Assembly: GCF_001194135.2 (NCBI RefSeq)
Contig: NC_068984.1
Coordinates: 106,912,722 to 106,955,633 of the forward strand
Direction of reading: 5' to 3'
Length of the DNA stretch: 42,912 nucleotides
Origin: Octopus bimaculoides
Lineage: Eukaryota
Shown here: one piece after another, positions 23,011 to 35,345 of the stretch
How the letters are laid out: every line of letters begins with the position of its first letter
How positions within the stretch are numbered: the first letter of the stretch is position 1
The notes under the pieces: model-generated
What the model was told of the DNA's origin: nothing
Databases searched by the model: none
What the model saw: only the letters and a program-made list of their open reading frames with translations
Translations under genes and position numbers: made by a program

Positions 23011-23235
23011 ACTAATATATAATCTCATGATCACGGCAGACTGGCAGAATCGGGAGAATGATACCTTGTGCTATGTAACTGGGTCCTTTTAAATAAGATA
23101 GAATTTAACCGGTGTCAATTTTCATGATTACGGTATCGGTAAATCATGCTGCAGTTATTTTCTTCTGCTATTATTAACTAATTAACACCGAGTGTGTGTT
23201 ATAGGAATATATTAATGAATGTAGCCCCATTATTT

Positions 23236-23328
23236 TACCACTGTAATATTTTATCGATTCTGAGAGAATGACAGGTAAAGTTCACTTCGGTGTAATTTGA
23301 ATTCAGAACGTAAAACAACGAAAATATA
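23236..23328 (-). mobile_element. SINE family A fragment
   Basis: TTTATCGA...GGTAAAGTTCACTTCGGTGTAATTTGAATTCAGAACGTAAA. Confidence 0.7.
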
Positions 23329-23520
23329 CAGAACGAGCAGATTGAGCGCGACTGTTTGGCTATGTAGCGGTTATACTTACACTGTAAGCATGGGGGGCTC
23401 CACTAGTCAGAAAGAGAAATGACAGGGTCAGACTCAAACTTTGATCACGTGACCATAATAGTAGCAACTATAAGCAAACATGCGCAGAAGATAATGGACA
23501 ATAATAAAGATATGGCAGAA

Positions 23521-23549
23521 GTGCGGATAATTTTTGACTTCCCCTTGTA
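23521..23549 (-). mobile_element. Solo mariner-like terminal inverted repeat
   Basis: Reverse complement TACAAGGGGAAGTCAAAAATTATCCGCAC resembles mariner TIRs with a terminal TA; no partner found. Confidence 0.35.
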
Positions 23550-24766
23550 ATTATATGTATAAGTATATTTAATGTTATCATCTCTGTAGTAACCCTAGTA
23601 CAAGAAGATGGAATGACTAAGCTTTAATTCAAATTTCGACACTTGGTTCTGTGCATTATTATGAGCGGTAACTTCCAAGTATTTTACATATTATACGTAT
23701 TATTACATTAATATTATCCAACAATAGCTGTGTACATGCACATCTTCATGTGTGTAACTTTGAAAGCACTGCTAAATCTAAGGTTACATTTTAACACCTA
23801 ACCATAAACTGTGATATTTAATATTATATCGATCATTTATTTACTCAAAAATAAAATGGGGATAAAACAATGAGAAACTATCAGTGACCCAGCATTGCTC
23901 TCAAACCCACTAAGGTGAAGACGTGCAGCTACACGCAATGATGTGTATATAATATGTGAAACACTCAGCAATTGCAAACTGATACAAATGCGCTAATGCA
24001 CAGAAACGTAGTGATTTGGATTAACTCCTGTTCATTCCATCTTTTTATATTATAATTTTGTGTGTGTGTGTGTGTATGTTTGTATCTCTATGTATATAAA
24101 TCGGTGTTTGTGTGCGATCGCATGTGTAACTTATATTCTCGTCTCTTATTTTCCTTTTCACACATTTTGGGTTTCACTAGGCTAACTTGCTGTAAATTAC
24201 ACCAAAAGGGAATGAATTCAGCGGGAAATGGAATATTCATGATAAGTGGCAAGTTTATTCATTTTTTGTTTATTCTTTTTTATTTTTTCGAATACATTTT
24301 TATTAGGTTTTTCTTCAAATGCTATTTTTCATACGGTAATCCTAAACTACCTCCATGTTTCCATCCCCCGTTAACTATTTTATAGTTTTCATGCTGTTAA
24401 TGCACCTTGAAGAAAGCATTACCACTAGACAATCTGATTTGCATTGTGTATGCATGTGTGTTTCTGAGAGAGAGCGAGAGAGAGCTCACGCGCGTGTGCA
24501 CGTTTTGGTGCATGCTTCTATGTGTTATATTAACTGTAAAATGAGAGTAATATGATCCAGCTATCATCAGGCTTCGTAGATTCATATTTAACTTAAATGT
24601 TCAATTGTATCTTTTCTTAGACACCCTATTATTTGTTTATATCTTCAAATTATATCGAAAACATAAACACTATTACTTCTGAGAAGGTTTTCTGAAATAT
24701 CCTGGTGTTAATTGGCGTAGATATACTGCTTCTTCTCAATTAAATCTACTAGTGCATTGCTGTTAG

Positions 24767-24855
24767 AAATTGAGTTTTGGACGGAACGGATACAAACTTC
24801 ATATGTTTACATTGCTCTGTTAAGTTATCTGGTTGTGTATGGAATGATAGTCAAG
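24767..24855 (+). CDS. Candidate 89-nt exon with a hydrophobic segment
   Basis: gctgttag|(E)IEFWTERIQTSYVYIALLSYLVVYGMIVK|gtaagc; strong donor, modest acceptor. Confidence 0.2.
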
Positions 24856-26399
24856 GTAAGCTGGTTGGCAAGTTTCCATTTATCCGATTCTTAAAAAAAA
24901 ACTGTATTATTATTGCAACGATTTATATAGCAATTTGTCATTTCGTATCTTCAAATATTACAAACTTAATGACACTTCGGTGAATACAAATACATTAAGT
25001 TCACTGGGTGATTTATATTTCCACTTGTACATGATTTCAGTTTCGATGTTTGTGTCCTTCTTCAAAAGACATAAATGGGAAAATGCAGTTTTCCCATTTC
25101 AACAATCCCTAAATTGTCCATGCTACTTTAGAATTGCTAATTCTCCGGACACTTATCACATGAATCACCACATTCACTCCTACATCTTCACAGCACAAGA
25201 AACAAAACAATATCATAGTAGTCACTTATGTGATTTACTTCTTGGAAGAAACATCATTCCTGTCAATGCAGTAATCTCCATATCTACATGTTTCCAATGA
25301 AAAAACGTACTTATAATTGGAAGATTTCCCATTTATACAAAATCTTATTATGGGGTAGTGATAATAAAATTAGTTAAATGGGTATATTTTATAAAGAAAT
25401 CCTTGAATTCAGCATTAATATATAAAGATACTTTCATGAATGGCGTATTGATAATGCCATTTGTGTGCTAAACATGTCTAACATGGTATCTGTTTTAAAG
25501 GATGGTAGATCGTGAAATAATTTTTCAGAATCTTATCTACGCACGCAGTGCGGAGCAAGGAAAAAAATTATAAATACTTTAGGGTGATATTCCAACACAT
25601 CCTCCATTAATGTGTACTTTGATTTCAGTGGAAGATCGCGAAAGAAAAACCAATGACAATAATGTTTACATAGTACTTTGTTGTACTTTGTTGACGTTAG
25701 GGGAAATAGTTCTAACTTGGAATTAAAATAAGTTTTTGGTATCGCTTCTCAAGGAATCCTAACGTTGTTCGAAGTATATATCTAAAAATATCTTCATTTC
25801 TATCATCATTAATGATAAATATTTTAGTCCTACTATTTTGGTCTTTCCTTACTGCCTATTTATTTGGTATAAATCAAGTTAATATAATTATCTTGGATTT
25901 CTATTTAATACAAAATGTAGCCAATGCACGACGAAAATTACTCTAATTTACAATTATTGGTGACGTAAAACTTTATCTCAGCATCGAACAATATTTGTTT
26001 AGATGTTCGAAATAACTAGTTGATTATTAAAGCTCCAGGGATCGCTTTGATGTGCATCTCTGCAATATACTTAGATGTTAGACCAATCATTTTGAACTAA
26101 ACAATTACTAAAACTGTTTATCAAATGAAAGCGTATTATTAGGCTTCACTTACTTGTTTTTCTTATAACTACAATCACATGTTTATGTTTTATGTATAAT
26201 TTGTTATCTTAAAATGAGTGATATAGTACTTTTTTAATTGCTTTCATAATTTTTAAGACGACTTTTCCCAGAATTTTCAATATATTATTTGGATTTTTTC
26301 CGCAACAATACAGGGAACAAGTGGTATTCGAAGACACTTAATTATAAGTATATTACTCTCTGCAGTCAATTAAATGGTTTTTTTTCTTTCAGATCTCCC

Positions 26400-27357
26400 A
26401 TAGCAGATAAAATTCTAACACAAGAAGTGAAAAGATATGCAGTCATTGTTGTCAAATATACGGAAGATAGCGATTTAGAAATTGCCAAATTTTTAAATGT
26501 AAGATCTTCTGTACACTAATTACCGATGGAATCGGATGCCTCTGGAGGAAATGTTTAGACCGTATTAAAAGTAAAAATAAGAACACCTGGAGTGTCCCGA
26601 CAATATAAAGACATTGCAATTCATCTAACCGATTCAAAACATTATACATTATCCGAAAAATCAATGAGGGTCATTATCAAAGGTATTAAGGTATCGGAGT
26701 GTTACACTTTCAGTCTTATGTACTGAGAAGAGACTATTTCATGTCTGCAAGTACAAAGGAAAACCGTTGATCCATGTTAAGAATTCAGTTAACAAAGTTA
26801 TAAAACTTCACAAACATTGTATGTTTTGGTTCTTTGATGAGAAAAACTCCGACCAACACCAAAATCTAACAGAACTGATTGCTGGCTATATGCAAATACT
26901 TCTACCGTTCTCAGAGTGATGCATACTGAGTTTTAAGCAACTATGATGGATTTAGGGAGGTGAGTAACATAGATCATATCATGTTACCTCATATCTTTCC
27001 ATCCAGAGCTTATAACTAACACTATTGGATACGTTGACATGATGGATACAGTTGTTAAGCCCTGGACACATGAAGTATGCAGTGGAAGGCCATATGTGTT
27101 TCAACATGCATTAGTGCTTTCTCACAATGTTTGCGTAAGCCAAGAATAGATATCCAGAAATTTTTACTATCTCTTGGATACTTCGTTGCGAACGTTGTTG
27201 AAAGGGGAAGTAACTGGCATTCTTACAATCACATAGCTTCTGCAAAGATCGCCATTGTCCAGGTGATGTCCGAAATGAGGGCGCATCATTTAGTGCAAAC
27301 ATGTCAACGATTTCTGTATTAAAGTAGTTATCGGAGCTGGAGGCGGATTCATAAAAT
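26400..27357 (+). pseudogene. Tc1/mariner-superfamily (maT/DD37D-like) transposase pseudogene
   Basis: Fragments QEVKRYAVIV...SDLEIAKFLNV, WFFDEKN, VVKPW...GRPYVFQ, GYFVANVVE and AIVQVMSEM...LVQTCQRF...VIGAGGGFI, with many frameshifts. Confidence 0.85.
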
Positions 27358-27989
27358 TATATTACAATAGAGCTTATCAAGGACAAATACACAAAGCACA
27401 AATTTGTTATCAAAATACATTTAGTTTTACTAGATTAGAATTGTTAAATAAACTATCAAACATATTCGCAAATACTCCTCTCACACTGTGTATTGCATAA
27501 ATCAGAATTTTCACAGGTATTTAATACTTTCATAATTGTCACCATTGTTACATTGAGTAGTTCAACCAAAATTATATCCTAGATGTACAGGTAAACCCCA
27601 CCTATGGAATGAGCTTTCCAGTTTTATTTCTAATTTACATCGTCAGTCTATTCGAAACCTTTACTTATCACCTCCTCACGCGCTTTCAAATGAAGGATGC
27701 GGGCTCGAGACGTGATGACGTTTAAGTTATTTGGTAACCAGTTCAAATTTCTAGTATATTATTTTTGCATCTGTTCTAATATATTATTTTTGCATTTGTT
27801 CTGTTCAGTTTTTATCAACTGAAGATGTATTTTAGCTGATGTATTTTCTGTAGCGTAAATACTGTGAGAGAGTCCTTGTACATGATTTCCAGTATATAAC
27901 ATATATGTCTGTGATTGTATTGTGGTTGAATTTAGAGAACTGTAATTTTACTTCTTCATGGAACTAGTTCTATTGCGTTTTTATGAAGC

Positions 27990-28850
27990 TTTAGTCTAAA
28001 ATCTTTTAGTTTAAACCATAGCATCGTCTAGATAAGTGTTACTTCTATCTTTATTATTTTAACCTAAAACTTATATATATTATTTAAGTTATGTTTCTAA
28101 GTCTTATTATTTAGAATTTATAATTACTTAGAATTTAACATTCATTAAATTGTTTACAATATAGCTAATTGTTTTATTACGACGTAAGTGATATAAAGTT
28201 TAAATCTTTCATTTATGATTTTATAAATAATTCTTTCATTGATGTTTTATATATCTTTATTCTATTCTTTTTCTTAATGTAATATATTCACGTGAAGTCA
28301 TTCTAATAAATGCCTTAGTTCTGAGTTTAACGTCTAAATTTTAGGTTAAACTGCAGCATCGAAGCGATAAGTATCGTTTTACCTTTGTTAAATGACTTTA
28401 TATTATAGTTTGAAAAAATATGTATTTTTATATTAAATCAATTGATTTTTGATGATAATTTTAATTTTAACACTAAATTAATAGTAGTAAGTTTATCATC
28501 TTAGCCTAAACAAAGACTTTGATTGGATTAGGGTTGAATTTTTTCCATTAATACTGCTTAGTATTTCTTTTTGTTTTATGGGATAAATAAGTAGTCTTTT
28601 TATTTAATTTCCTTGATTATACAATATAGTTAATTGTTTTATTATGATTTAAGTTATATAAAGTTTAATCTTTCATTCATAATAAAATTTTCATTCATAT
28701 TTTTATATCTATTTATTCTATTCTTTTTCTTTTTCACGAGACTTCTTTGTAATTAATGTTTTAGTCTAAAATCATTTAGTTTAAACTATAGCATCGTTTA
28801 GATAAGTGTTACTTCTAGCTTTATTATTTTAACCAAAAACTTCGTTTAAA
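27990..28850. repeat. Very AT-rich degenerate tandem array (about 2.5 units of ~330-460 bp)
   Basis: Block X at about 27990-28072, 28325-28385 and 28761-28843; block Y at 28157-28277 and 28621-28733. Confidence 0.8.
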
Positions 28851-29060
28851 TTGTATTTTAAACGAAAGATTCGTTAAATTAGTTTTTGCATATAATATTC
28901 CTGTTAGTTTATATTATAATAAACGTAAAGTTAATTATGGAACGTCTATAATTTTGATATTTTTAATAATATTCTCTATCTTAATATAATAAGTATTTTA
29001 TATTTATTCATTTGTAATTTATTGTTGGTTGATATATACATTCTTTTATTATTGTTATTG

Positions 29061-29180
29061 TTGTATTTTGTCCTGAAGATTAGCTATATTTTCAATAGAA
29101 TTGATTTTCGATAGTTTTAATCGATTCAAATATATTTTCTATTTGGAAATTTGGTTATGAAACACGTGTAGTCGTTTTAT
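29061..29180 (+). ncRNA. Minimal type-I hammerhead-ribozyme-like motif with extended stem II (probably decayed)
   Basis: CTGAAGA (29073-29079), 79-nt hairpin, GAAA (29159-29162), perfect palindrome ACACGTGT (29162-29169) and GTA triplet; stem I has 3 of 4 pairs. Confidence 0.55.
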
Positions 29181-29578
29181 TATCATTATCTTATGATATT
29201 TACTTTGTATTATATTATACTTATTTATTGTGCTTTTACTTATTAATTTTTCTATATGTGACAGTGGATTTGCATCGATGAGTTCATGAACCTTGGTTCT
29301 TTTCCCTAAAACTGGGGTATTCAGAGATCTGAATGGTTGTACATATACAAATATTTAACATGTCATATGTTTTTACAAATCACATATTCTCATCTACTCT
29401 AATAGATTCTTCAGATTTAAATTGTGTGAAGGGATTCGTCTCTTTTTATAGTATTAGTGAATGGGTTGGAATGGGGAGAGAGGGGGAAAAGAAAAGTTAT
29501 ATGGAGTGTAAAAGGTAGGAAAAGAGGGAGAGGAATGGAGAGATAGTGGAGGGAGAAAGCGAGAGAGAGTTGTGTGTT

Positions 29579-29609
<31 letters not shown>

Positions 29610-30205
29610 GTGCGTGCGTGTGTGTGCGCGCGTGCGTGTGTTTGTGCCTGTGTATCTGAAAGGAATTGTTTTGAACAGAAGATAAAGAAAAAGAATATTT
29701 TTAAGTAGCTGGCTGGAGGAGATGCTTACTTTGGTTCAGCCATCTCACCAGGGGGTCTGAAAGAAAAATCTTTTCAAAGTGAAAAAATGTGTTTTTCTTT
29801 CTTATTGTCAATGGAACATAGAAGGAAATAAAGGAAGGAAGAAAGAAAGAAGAAAAATGTGTTTACATCTATACAGTTGGTCAGATCTTTCAATAGAAGA
29901 TGACAAGTTGATTCTTGATCTGTGAAGATGGCAAGACCAGTTGGTTACTCTAAGAGGATGGGTCTGTTTTGATGAGGAATAATAAAAGTTGTCTTTCAAA
30001 AAATTGTCTGGACTTATTATTAACCTCCTTCTCATCATCATCATCATCATCATTGTCCAATGTTTCATTCCCATGCCGTATGGGTTGGAAAATCTGGATG
30101 CAAGAAAGTCTCTTTTTATACACACACACACACACACACACATATTCGCATGTATCTTAGGGTTCCAGATGGGTTTATAAGGAAGTTGATGTGAATTTCA
30201 TATGT

Positions 30206-30560
30206 TCAGCCATTCAGTTTGGGGAGAATTTTTCTATGAAGTGTTGTTCCATATTTTTTCTGGAGAAGGTGTCATTCCTTGGGCATTTATAGAAGGGAAA
30301 GATCTTGAATCTTCTTTACCCACATGTTTCTAAGTGCTTACTTAGTGGAATATTTTGTAGCTCTCCCTGGCTCGTTGGCATAAAGAATTGCCAGTTTCAC
30401 CTATATAGTTCTCCTTGCATGTGGGACAGGTTATGCAATATATTTAGTTTTGTGTCTAGCAATTCATGTTTGCATTTACTTTGAATGTGTGTCTACTCTT
30501 AAATTTTATTTGGCTGTTTTCTTCTATATATTTGTAGATAGGGTTACAGAAAATCCCACA
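30206..30560 (-). pseudogene. Penelope-like element, Cys-linker + GIY-YIG endonuclease remnant (Neptune-like)
   Basis: Manual translation: ...KYIEENSQIKFKSRHTFKVNANMNC*TQN.IYCITCPTCKENYIGETGNSLCQRAR...PLSKHLETCG..RFKIFPFYKCP...EQHFIEKFSPKLNG*. Not in the ORF track. Confidence 0.85.
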
Positions 30561-32149
30561 TCTTTAAGAAATTTTAAATCGTTTATAATTTTAATTTTAA
30601 ATACATACAAAACTAATGAACATTTTAAGGCAGAAATAGATGGTACGTGACTACTGTTACAACAAAACGACAAAAACATTTGATCAAACAAAGATTAAGA
30701 ATTGCAATCATGTATAGAATTTATCAAGCAGAAAAAAGATTTGTAATTGCATATTATTAGCAGTCATCAAAATATTTATTATTTTTTATTTCATTTATAT
30801 TATAATTAATTCATTTAAATCTTTGTAACTATTTCAATTTATTATTTCAATTTTGAAAGTTGCAGCGCAATATTATTGTTATCAAAACAATTAAATCATT
30901 ATAATTAAAATAATAATTAATTTTAAAATATAATTAAAATTAGAAAGTAGTAATAAAGTATCAGTAATAATAGACATACAACATAAATTAATTGGGAAGA
31001 AAGGTAAAGTTAAAAAGTCTAAAATGACTCAAATGTACCCAAAATAAGTGGGCTGTCCATTTTTATTTCAATTTATATAACATATATTACACAAAGTAAA
31101 CTAAAAGTTAATAAAATAGATTAAGCTTGTATAATTTGTTTTGCATAAAAAATAAGTGTACATATTGCTATTTTTATATGCATATATATGTTGATCAAAT
31201 GAGTTTGAAAAGGAAGCAGCCCACTCAAAGGTGAATAGTGCAATTCTTCATATGAACTCACTTCACTCTTCTGCTCCTTATTTCAAACTATATATATTTA
31301 TCACAATCATTCCAAAAAAGTTTATCTAATTTTGAAGTAAACAGTAGAACTTGCTTAATTAAAAATAAATAAAAATAGTAAAAATAATTATTCAAAGAAA
31401 AGTAATAATAAATGATGACGTAGCTGAAATGACTATTTAAGTGAGGATCTAGTCGGAATTTGAAATCATGATGCAGGTATATCTGTTATCTCATTCGACG
31501 GGTTTTTAGCTGTGAGATAGTATATTAAATTCGACACGTCTGCCCGATTCTTGTTGGTGCGTTTCCTATTTTTCAGTGAGATTGGTGGTTAAGTTGGGGG
31601 ATTTTACTTCTACTTTCTAGCAAGCTGATACCTCGAGTACCCTCTAATATAACTATGAATTAATTATTATTTAGATTTGCCACTGATAAGAATAATGATA
31701 ATAATATCTTTACGGGTATTCATTTGAATATTCACTCATATAAATTCATGAACAGAAAAGGGAAAAACGAAAAAAGACACGTTTGGACGTGGAAAAATGG
31801 AAAAAGCAATGTATTAATAAGACGCTCAGACAAGGAAAAGAGTAGCTCTTCTTTGGAAACAGAAAGAAGCAGGTAAGTCCAAGGCGAAAGAGGAGAAAAG
31901 TCGCCAACCATCAAGTGCAGTTACATGTTTTAAGTAAATGAAGAATGGACGTCAGGCATGGTGAGAAAGCCTGAGTGTAGATGTAGGTGTGGGCGATGGT
32001 GAGGAGGAGGAAAAGGACGAAAACTGGAAGAAGAAGAACTGAAGCCAAATCGAGGGAAGACAAGTGAAGAGGACGAGTCACGGACAAATCATAATGATTT
32101 GCAATCAAAGGTACAGAAATGACGTACTCCGAATGAATAAGGTGATGTA

Positions 32150-32250
32150 ATCCATATATATATATATATATATATATAGTATAATATATGTATGTATGTA
32201 TGTATGTATATATGTATGTATATAAGTATTTATATATGTATATATCTGTT

Positions 32251-32330
<80 letters not shown>
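32150..32330. repeat. (TA)n/(TATG)n compound microsatellite
   Basis: Direct reading. Confidence 0.95.
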
Positions 32331-32332
<2 letters not shown>

Positions 32333-32663
32333 AAATACAATAGAAGTGTTTGAAGGACGAATTTGAGTAATATAGAACAAAACGATTTCTATACTTGTAG
32401 TAGGCTTCCAATGTCAAGCAGCTGTTATTGATCTACGTGTTTTACTATCAAAATTATATATTCTGTCAATGTAAACAGCAGATACCGTTTACACAAACAC
32501 ACACAGCCATGCAAACACAAACGTGCGCACATATATCTATAAAATGAATATTGATATTTACATGTGTATTCGTTTGTATATGTTTGTATATTCTAGGATC
32601 ATAATCGCATATATACATATCACAGAGATGTACATATATCTATTTATATACGATATACTTATA

Positions 32664-32720
<57 letters not shown>

Positions 32721-33444
32721 GATAAATTTGTTTACTCAAATATAGATTGATTTCGTAATGTGTTTTTCTCTTTAAAAATGTGCAATATTAATGTTACATT
32801 GAATATTAACTAAATATGAACCACAAAATAATAATATGGCCTTCTAGAAAGTGTTTATGAACAATATGAAAACTACTAATCAGACAAAACTTGATATCCA
32901 TATTGACACGCTATAGTGGGAAGGCGCCGTTAGCTTCACATTCGTTACGATTTACAGGAAAAGCGAAATCTTGCTAGAATGATATTAAAATCAAATTGAT
33001 TTTTATATTTCTTTCGAAACTCATTTATGGATTTTACAATAGCTCTCATATTTTTTCCATAATTAACTATATTAATCTATTATTTCCCCGCAGTGATCGT
33101 GAATATTCATAACTACACAAGCATTCCATTGAATATTTGAAAACCTATTAGTATATATTATTAGACAATGGAATCTTTTCATTCAATTTACTATGATTCT
33201 CAGTGATTATATCTTTGAAAATTGTAATCGGTTAAAAGGAATATACATATGTAACATAGTTGAAATTTTCTGTGCAACTTTTAGGCCGGAAAATAAAGAA
33301 AGATTAATTTATTATCTAATTATGAGTTTTATTTGAAGTAATTTAACTATTAAAGTGTATGCATTAACACACTATATATATATCTAGTACTTGTATGGGA
33401 GGAACCTCATATTCCCTGGCATTGGCTTCTAATATATTTCACTT

Positions 33445-33475
<31 letters not shown>

Positions 33476-33887
33476 NNNNNNNNNNNNNNNNNNNNNNNNN
33501 NNNNNNNNNNNNNNNNNNNNNNNNNNNNNNNNNNNNNNNNNNNNNNNNNNNNNNNNNNNNNNNNNNNNNNNNNNNNNNNNNNNNNNNNNNNNNNNNNNNN
33601 NNNNNNNNNNNNNNNNNNNNNNNNNNNNNNNNNNNNNNNNNNNNNNNNNNNNNNNNNNNNNNNNNNNNNNNNNNNNNNNNNNNNNNNNNNNNNNNNNNNN
33701 NNNNNNNNNNNNNNNNNNNNNNNNNNNNNNNNNNNNNNNNNNNNNNNNNNNNNNNNNNNNNNNNNNNNNNNNNNNNNNNNNNNNNNNNNNNNNNNNNNNN
33801 NNNNNNNNNNNNNNNNNNNNNNNNNNNNNNNNNNNNNNNNNNNNNNNNNNNNNNNNNNNNNNNNNNNNNNNNNNNNNNNNNNNNNNN
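33476..33887. other. Assembly gap
   Basis: Run of N. Confidence 0.99.
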
Positions 33888-33954
33888 AAATGATAGGATT
33901 CCCACATAAATATATATATATATATATATACATGAAACATGTTTTTAAAATATT

Positions 33955-35345
33955 AACTGAGATGGAAAGTGAGACAGGTACTAGAAAAAGCGAAACTTCC
34001 CAAACCAAACATCACTAAGGAAGAAACGTTCGCTATCAAAAGACTACACAGTGATAATTCCATCATAATACTTTCAGCAGACAAGGGAAATGCTACAGTG
34101 GTGATGAACAGGTGTAACTACTCGAAAAACTGGCAAGTCTTATAAGTGATGGTAGCTACAGCAAAGTAAAGAAAGACCCAGACGGTGAGTCTAGATGTCA
34201 TAAGTCTGTTTACCAAAGTCCCAACTGGTGAAGCACTATTGGTGATTCAAGAAAAACTAGTGACAATCACCCATCTAAAAGAACGCACTTGTTTACCACT
34301 AAGAAATTTGATGGAAATATTGCCCTTCTGTGCAGAAACTACCTACTTCAGTGTGGACACTGATATATATCGACAAGAAAAGGGTTTACCTATGGGTTCG
34401 CCATTATCACCGATAGTAGCCAATATATACATGGAATACTTTGAGAATTTAGCTTTAGGATCAACACCACCAAAACTAACACTATGGCTGCGATATGGTG
34501 ATAACACCATACACTGGCCCCACCAGGAAGATGTCCAATTGCTGTTAGATCATGTGAACTCAATAAAGCCATCCAGTTAACAATGGAAAAAGAAAAAGAA
34601 AATCAGCTAGCATTCTTGGACGACGTATTAATAACACGCACCAAATATGGATTCAAGACATCCGTATACCGCAATCCGTCCAGTGAAGTATACCTTCACT
34701 GGTCGATACCTCAACTTCAACTGCCATCATCCATACAGTGTAAAGAGAGGGATTGCTCAGTGCCTAAAACATCGAGCAATGAATATAAGTAGTGATCGTG
34801 ATACCCACATCGAAGAAATGATCAAGTTCAGTAACAATCTATTAAGCAACCACTACCCCAAAATTATGAAGAAAAGAGAGAATGAAACCGACAAACTGTC
34901 CACAGTCTGTCTATCCTGTGTGACCGTCCTCTCCGAAAATATACAAAAGATATGCGGCACATATGACATCAGGACAGTATTGAAGAGTAACACAACACTT
35001 CGCAAATATCTCCTTCGAGTAAAATCACCATTAGAAGAGAATATGACCAAGAATTGCGTGTACTCCATCCCATGTAGCTGTGGTAGGTTACACAAAGGCG
35101 AAACATGTCGCCCCCTCAAAATAAGGGTTCAGGAACGTCGCAAAGCTGTGACACGGGGAGATATTGATAAATCAGGTATAGCTGATCATGTATGGATAAA
35201 TGGAGACCACCTCTCCTTGTGGGATGAAGTTAACATAATAAGCAGAGAACACCACTGGAAAATACGAAAACTAAAAGAAGCAGCACATATGCTAGGACAC
35301 AACAACCTCCTAAACAGACCGAGTGTAGATATGAACAGCATATAA
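33955..35345 (+). pseudogene. Penelope-like element RT + GIY-YIG (Poseidon/Penelope-like), frameshifted and internally deleted
   Basis: KAKLPKPNITKEE...ADKGNATVVMN; SLDVISLFTKVP; RQEKGLPMGSPLSPIVANIYME; WLRYGDN (YVDD mutated); GRYLNF; CVYSIPCSCGRLHKGETCR...RKLKEA...LLNR. Confidence 0.93.

Noticed and set aside
25265-25320. Minus-strand GAAACATGTA palindrome motif
   Set aside because: No CTGANGA core upstream.
26309-27492. TIR pair around the mariner-type pseudogene
   Set aside because: TACAGGGAAC... and ...CACACTGTGTA match too poorly to call.
29370-29415. Minus-strand CTGAAGA-ATCTA/TAGAT-GAGA near-hammerhead
   Set aside because: The invariant GAAA is broken and stem I does not form; likely chance in AT-rich DNA.
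35095-35112. GAAACATGTC hammerhead-like tail
   Set aside because: It lies in the GETCR codons of the GIY-YIG domain and has no upstream CTGANGA.
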